Shown here: piece by piece, positions 38,768-64,000 of the stretch
Layout: every line of letters begins with the position of its first letter
Position numbering within the stretch: the stretch's first letter is position 1
Assembly (NCBI GenBank): GCA_051294375.1
Contig: CM119270.1
Location: 13,443,861-13,507,860 of the forward strand
Source of the DNA: Paraspadella gotoi
Lineage: Eukaryota > Animalia > Chaetognatha
Direction of reading: 5' to 3'
Length of the DNA: 64,000 nucleotides
Program-made: the position numbers and the translations under genes
The notes under the pieces: generated by a model
Told to the model about the DNA's origin: nothing
The model's input: only the letters and a program-made list of their open reading frames with translations
The model's database searches: none

Positions 38768-41074
38768 TAAACAAGTTTGAGCAAACAATGTCGGATCTGC
38801 CCACGATCATTATCGGTAATTAATTAATTAATTAATTATTACAAACTATATAAACTAAAACAATAATTTAATTAATAAATTAATTAATTTGATCTAAAAT
38901 GTTTGTCTTTTCATCACTGACCACGATAAAAGCAACAACAACGATAATGGCATCGTGACAATATAACGATTGACTTGATTGATTGATTCATTCATTAAAT
39001 AATTAATTAATTTATAAATAAATTGATTGATTGAATAATTTATAGATAATTAAATAAATTGATTGAATGAAGAATTAATTAATTAATTATTTATTTATTA
39101 ATTATTTATTAATTAATTGACTAATTGATTAATTAACTGATTAATTTTTTTATATTAATACATTTAATATAAAAAGAAAAAGAAGCATAATCAATAAACT
39201 CATTTCCACACTCAACGATTCCATCGAAACTTGATTTCTAAACTTAAATCACACACTTTCCTACCCACATACAAAATTTCAAGTCAATTGTCTCATCCAC
39301 TCACGAGTAATTGGCATTCAAATAGTGAAATATATTTTTTGTTTTTTTCACTTAAACTCATTTCCACTTGTACGATTCCATCGAAACTTTATATCCATCT
39401 ATCCAATCACAAGTAATTGGAGTTTAATGCGAAGGGGGGACGGACAGACGGACGGACGGACACTATTTTTCTTGTGCATAATTTGGTTCCATTAGGATTG
39501 TACCCAGTAGGATAGCATTAAACTCCAATTACTTGTGATTGGATAGATGGATTGGAATGAAATTTTGTGTGTGGGTAGGAAATGTGTGATTGAGTTGGAT
39601 ATAAAGTTTCGATGGAATCGTACAAGTGGAAAATGAGTTTAAGTGAAAAAACAAAAAATGGGTTCCATTAGGATTTGTACCCAGTAGGATTGCGCCCAGA
39701 AAATTGTGCCCACAGCATTGCGCCCACTTATAATTACACCCGCAGGATTGTGCCCATGTAGAATTGCGCCCAATTAGGATTGCGCCTCCGTAGTATTCCG
39801 CCCACATATTATTCCGCCCAGTAGAATTGCGCCCACTTAGGATTGCGCCCACAGAATTGCGCCCAAAGGATTGCGCCCAAAGGATTGGGCCCAGGTATAA
39901 TTGAACCCGTGTAGGTCTGCGCCCATCGGATTGCGCCCATAGGATTGCAGCCCATAGATTGGCCCCATACAATTGGGCCCACATATAATTCGGCCCACAT
40001 ATGATTGGGCCCCACGGTAGGATTGGGCCCACATACAATTAGGCCCACATATGATTGGTCCCATTGTAGGATTGGGCCCATGTAGGAGTGAGCCCTGATG
40101 CGTTGCGCCCGCGTAAAAAAGTTTTTATTTTAATGCTTTTCTTTTTGCTAACAAAATTACGATATTACTATATAATGATAATCTTTTAAAAAAATAAATC
40201 ATAGATTATTTTGATGGATTCTGATAGAGCACAAAAAATTAAATAAAATATAATTATAACTTTTAAAATTTTCTTGGTTAAAATTAAGAAAAATTTATGG
40301 TGCAGGAACTATTTTCTAAATTATCAATTCGATGATTCTGATTAAATAAAATTATAAAAGGATAATCCCCAAAATTTTAAAATATAAAAAAAAGAGATGA
40401 AGAGAAGGAAATATTCATAGTATTCCCATGTAGGTGCAATACTACGTGGTTATATGGGCCCAATCCTATGTGGGCTCAAGAATACTATGGGCGCAATCCT
40501 ACGTGGGCCCATTCCTATGTGGGTGGAATCCTATGTGGGTGGAAATCCTAGATGGCGGAATCCTACATGGGCCCAATCCTATGTGGGCGGAAATCCTAGG
40601 TGGGCGGAATCTACGTGGGCCCAATCCTATGTGGGTTCAATTCTATGGGCGGCAATACTATGGGCTCAATCTTTGGGCCCAATGCTAAGTGGGTGGAATC
40701 CAACAGGGGTGCAATCCTTTGGGCGCAATACTATGGGCGCAATTCTACGGGCGCAGTCTTTATGTGGGCAGCAATTTTACGTGGGAGGAATCCTACAGGG
40801 CGGAATCCCATGTGGGCGCAATCTTACATGGGCGGAATACTACGGGTGCAATTCTATGTGGGCGCAATGCTACGTGGGTGCAATCCTTGGGGCGCAATTT
40901 AATGGGGTCCGCCAATAATACGTGGGCCCAATCCTGCGACTACCGCATAATTTATCATAATTTGATGTTCTGAGATTATCTAAGTGAATGACCGACAAGA
41001 TTGGGGGGGTGGACAGATGGACCGACAAAGTGAATTATAGAGTCGGAATTTGCGATATGCAGATCCGACTAAAA
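38768..41074 (-). mobile_element. DINE-1/HINE-like element, family A, copy 2, interrupted by a nested insertion
   Basis: Minus-strand 5' end tttttagtcggatctgc-atatc-gcaaattccgact (subterminal repeat plus its inverse); 3' end gcagatccgacattgtttgctcaaacttgttt. Confidence 0.72.
39485..40944. mobile_element. MULE/foldback-like non-autonomous element with long minisatellite TIRs
   Basis: 9-bp TSD gcataattt at 39476-39484 and 40945-40953. Arrays of ~15-20-nt aggattg(c/g)gccca units at 39660-40110 and their inverse (tgggc(g/c)caatcct) at 40430-40944 surround an AT-rich spacer. Termini begin GGT. Confidence 0.75.
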
Positions 41075-41149
41075 ATATATTTGATAATAAAATTAACCGA
41101 CTTTACCAAACTGACAGTTTTTTTTCCATCATAGTAGTAGCCCAGTTTG

Positions 41150-41450
41150 TATATATTATTTTGTATATAGTGCTACCTTTATATAATTTTAAAATTTAAA
41201 TATTTTTTTTAAATTATGAGAACAGATTCAGATTCTTCGTTAAAAGTTGTTAAAAGAAAATATAAATATTTTTCAAAAATGATGTCATTAGGTTGGTTAA
41301 AATTTTAAAAAACTATATTTTTGAGCTGGAAATTAAAAATCGGCGTCTTAAATATAGTTTTTTACATTTTTGACCAAATCCGATCTTGAAATTTAAAAAT
41401 TTAAATTTTGAAATTTTAGCTAATTATATATTTATTACTATATATAAATA
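41150..41450. mobile_element. Diverged copy of the 24232-24865 MITE family
   Basis: cagattcagattcttcgttaaaagttgttaaaagaaaatataaat..ggttaaaattttaaaaaactatattt aligns to the reverse complement of 24560-24730. Confidence 0.5.
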
Positions 41451-43955
41451 TACTTCGTGGGTGCCCACTAATGTATAAAATTTAAAAACAAATTTACCAA
41501 AGTATTTTTATTGGCTTTCATTTTCATTTTTTATATGCTAAATTTTAAATTTATTCAATTTTATTATTTTCACATCACGCAACTGTACATCTTTTAAATT
41601 CATGATTGTTTTTAGTTGCGTCAGTTTTTGGCAAAAGGGTCAGTTAGTCAATATATATGTACCGACTGTACTGTACTGTACTTTTATATACTGTTATGTT
41701 AGGATTTTTATTCTAACATCTTGAAAATATTGGTAAATTCTCTAATTTAAAAGTCTTCAACTGGCCTTTACTAAGTTGGTTCGGTACACGTGATCTTATC
41801 GTTATTTTTAATACATGACTTTCTCACTGACGATGAAATGAGCCAGCAGTTGAACCAATCAAAAACTGTATAGGAGACTTTGCCATATAGAATTGTCTCG
41901 TTCACTTTCCTTTAGATAATATATCAAAATATAATACCAACTGATTTTAGCTACTAGTATGTTGATAGTAAGCTGATAAAAAACCAAAGTTACGATGTAT
42001 CCGACGATTATGATAATCACAAATTCACAACTCTTCGAGCCTGCTTTAGCCCCAACCCAAAAACACTAGACCCAACGGGCCATCACCAGCAGCATCAGCA
42101 TTTAGCCACTACTACTTGGGACTTGAGAGGGTGCTATTCGCAGGGGGAACAGGTTGTGCTAGTACATGTTACCACACAATTTCACAGGGAATACGCTGTA
42201 AAAATGGCGCCGGAGGCAGCCGGCAGCCCAGTCACCTCACAACCCAAATGGCTCGTATTTGCGACTCGCTGATTAAAACAAGAAATCGGACAGGGACGTT
42301 TTACCCACCAATGTTGGATTAAGTTTAAAATTAAGTTTTATACTAATTAAGCTAAAAGCTAAAATGTCTTAAAATGTGTCAACCATTGCTTTAGAATGTT
42401 CATTTATTCATTTACGATGAGCCCGTTGTTCCAAAACTGACCTTCTTAGGTCTCAGCACGCTGCTTTGTTTCGGGATTGAAGGAAGTTTGCTGTAGACGT
42501 AAGTCTCGAGGATTCGATGACGAGTCGAGGCCGACAACGACGATGACATCTGGTCGGAATTCCCCGCGGAAAAAAAAAATGAAAGACTTAAAATTAAAAC
42601 CAAAACCAAAAACTAAATTGAAAAATTTATGATAGTCAAGACGTCCTTGTCTTTAAAGCCAGATAGTTAGCCTCCTTAGACCCTGTTTGTACATAATCTG
42701 TTATTCCCGTTCGTAGCCGGTATTTTCATATAATACTGAAGAGATATGTCTCCGTCCCAAGCGGATAAATGTTCCTACGTAGACTACTTTAATTCGATAA
42801 AGCCAGTTTATGGAAAATGTTACTTCCATGGCAGGCGATGTTGTGAAATGACCGTCGATGCCTCATTTTCTTGTTATTTTCAATATTAATTCCGGTTATT
42901 AAAACCTCTTTCATCATCCATTACCGAAGAAAAATACAAACTATCGGGTAATTTTGGCAAAAGATGCCAACGATTTTCGGAAAAAGTGAATTTTTTGGGA
43001 GATTTCCTCAGCCGGGCTAATTTGCTCTCTGAAGGTTTTGAGCAGATGAGGGGAAGCTGTTGCTTCGAAATTAAGAAATTTTAATATAACGGTATAAAGT
43101 AAATTTAAAAAAAAAAACACCACAGTGAATGATTGACCTACCTTTCCGTCGTTTTTTTCGCTAAACATCGCGTGAAACATAAAATAATTCAATGTCCACT
43201 AAGGTCGCCCCATCGTCCACTTCTGAATTCATGATTTATTGATTCATTTAATCAAAACTGAATAAAAAGTTGACTGTTTGATAATAACATTGTTAAATGT
43301 TAAATCGTTCTGTATTTCCGTAAAGATTGCGCTCGTCAATACATTTATTACGGGAAAATGAAGGCGAAGGATAAGCGAGTTTTAAATACAGACGATGAAG
43401 TAAATTTCAAAAATTATAACTGTCATCTTGGTAGAATCATAGCATTCATTCATTTAATTAGGAAAGAACTTTTTGGCTGGATGTGTCCAAGACGAAGCCT
43501 GGTTGCCAAGCACGCCGTCAAGCCGTACACCGGGAAACCAGATCTCTTTAAATCTTTTGTTTAATTTTCATGATTTTGTCGCCGGGGCATGTGTGGCGCT
43601 GCGGTAGTGTTCTTATGTTTTTCGCTTTTGCCAGTGCAAATGCGCTCAAGACAGGTGAAATGCGAAATTGAAAACTCGAGAAAAGGATTGTTCATTGTTT
43701 CATTCTCATTTAATGCGATAAACTTCCGGTATTTTAGCAATGACTTATCTACTTATAAACTAAACTGTTGTACTACAATATGTGTAAAAATAAACACGCT
43801 CACGATTTAAAAATACGTAACTACAATCGAGACATTACTGCTTAAATTTTCCAATGATTGTCCAAAGCTACTTTTTATTAATGTTTTCCCGGTCATACTT
43901 CACCGGTATATTGAGACTCTCTCACGCTGCTCTCTCTCTCTCTCTCTCCTCTCTG

Positions 43956-44000
<45 letters not shown>

Positions 44001-44067
44001 TCTCTTCTCTCTCCTCTGCTTTCCTGCTCTCCGCGCTCTGCACAGTCTTCGTCGGATGGCATCCTCA

Positions 44068-44146
44068 TCACGTGACTCGGACGCGCCAATCACGTGACCG
44101 TCACGCGTCACGCGTTCGTCCGCTTCTCACGTGACCAATGACGTGG
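44068..44146. promoter_or_regulatory. Candidate NF1 promoter: clustered E-box (TCACGTGAC), CCAAT and CRE half sites
   Basis: TCACGTGAC at 44068, 44090 and 44127; GTCACGCG twice; CCAAT at 44086 and 44135; TGACGT at 44139. Lies 1.3 kb upstream of the NF1 ATG, which directly follows a splice acceptor (tag|ATG), so a 5' UTR exon is needed upstream. Confidence 0.5.
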
Positions 44147-44235
44147 ATTTTTTTATTTCCCGTAAAAAACAAAATCGTCGGCAACGTTAAGTTTTTCGTC
44201 GTCGGATTTCTCGATCGCTTTAGGAGACTGGAACC

Positions 44236-45016
<781 letters not shown>

Positions 45017-45473
45017 AAAGCGAAAGAGGTTGCGAAATGCACGGATTTTCACTCTACTTTCGGTGGCGAATGACACTTTTTTGCGTCGATGTTTGTTTTT
45101 GCGCAATTGCACTGACGACTAAGACGCAAATGAATGGGAATCCTTATGATTGATTTCATTTTTCTATTTAGTCAGGAATTTTAGCCAAAGCGGACATTAA
45201 ACAAACTTTCGATTCCGAAATTTCGTTTCCATTGCGATACCTGTTTAATGCGCCAATAAAGTCGAAAAGGTTAGTAATTAGGAATTTCTGGGGTAAGTTT
45301 CTCTTTTTCCCCTTTTAATTCATAGACTTGAATCTTGAAATTCGAAAACGTCGTTTTTCAGTTTAACGGTGTTCAATTACCAGGTTAATTTTGAATAAAA
45401 AAAAATTTATAGACAACTGACTCTGTTTTAAATTAACTTTATCAATTCGCTTATCTCAAATTGTCTAACTTAG

Positions 45474-63582
<18,109 letters not shown>

Positions 63583-64000
63583 GACGAGGGAGGCCTATTT
63601 TTATATTTTGTTTAATAACTTTCACATTAAAAGATTTTTTTCTATTTATTTCATTTCATTTTCAATCATTATTATCAAGTTTTTTACTGAAAAATATACT
63701 ATTACCTTCAAAATTTAAACACCCCCCCAAAAAAAACAACAACAAAAAAAAAAACAAAAAAATTTGGGAATTCTTTGAGTTACTAAACATTAAGTACTAC
63801 GACCCATAAACTTCACGACTCTTCTGTCTCTTCTTTTGACTTGGAGCTTCCTCCTCGAATTCTTGCATATTCTTCTTCTTCTTCTTCTTCTTCTGCTCCT
63901 CCTCCCTCCTCCTCCTCCTATCTCCTCCAAATCCCCTTCACTTTTCCTCCGGCGGCCGGAGCCGAACCCCATTTTCCGGAGCGACGCATCTGTGCCTCCC

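Noticed and set aside
39529-40973. Repetitive ORFs (WAQSYVG...) and a CRISPR-like look
   Set aside because: Degenerate minisatellite TIRs of a transposon, with no unique spacers, no cas genes and a eukaryotic context.
42010-42830. Possible minus-strand gene fragments (exon-like 42443-42550, zinc-finger-like 42120-42200)
   Set aside because: No consistent frame or recognisable homology could be built by eye.

Overview
Eukaryotic (invertebrate, protostome-like animal) genomic DNA with short GT-AG introns, CpG-rich exons and abundant (GA)n/(TC)n microsatellites. Three multi-exon conserved genes can be traced exon by exon: a CTTNBP2/cortactin-binding protein 2 orthologue (+, to 11246), a TTLL3/8-type tubulin glycylase (-, ~13012-23732) and neurofibromin NF1 (+, from 45474; homology breaks off at ~63582). 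The 5' part of the glycylase gene is mirrored in a ~5.5-kb-arm inverted duplication whose right arm is indel-rich and ends at an N gap, most likely a fold-back long-read artefact. An AT-rich accessory zone (31.2-41.5 kb) holds a divergent XK-related membrane protein gene, an intronless 501-aa multi-pass membrane ORF and nested non-autonomous transposons (hAT MITE, DINE-1/HINE-like, MULE/foldback-like). The most striking feature is an intronless ~960-aa gene nested on the same strand inside the NF1 GAP-domain intron. It appears to fuse a degenerate NACHT NTPase to a retrotransposon-ORF1-like domain, with no LRR or death fold. Other NF1 introns carry an antisense tRNA-Lys and a candidate structured RNA. 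All family assignments are from manual reading and motif recognition; no database searches were run.
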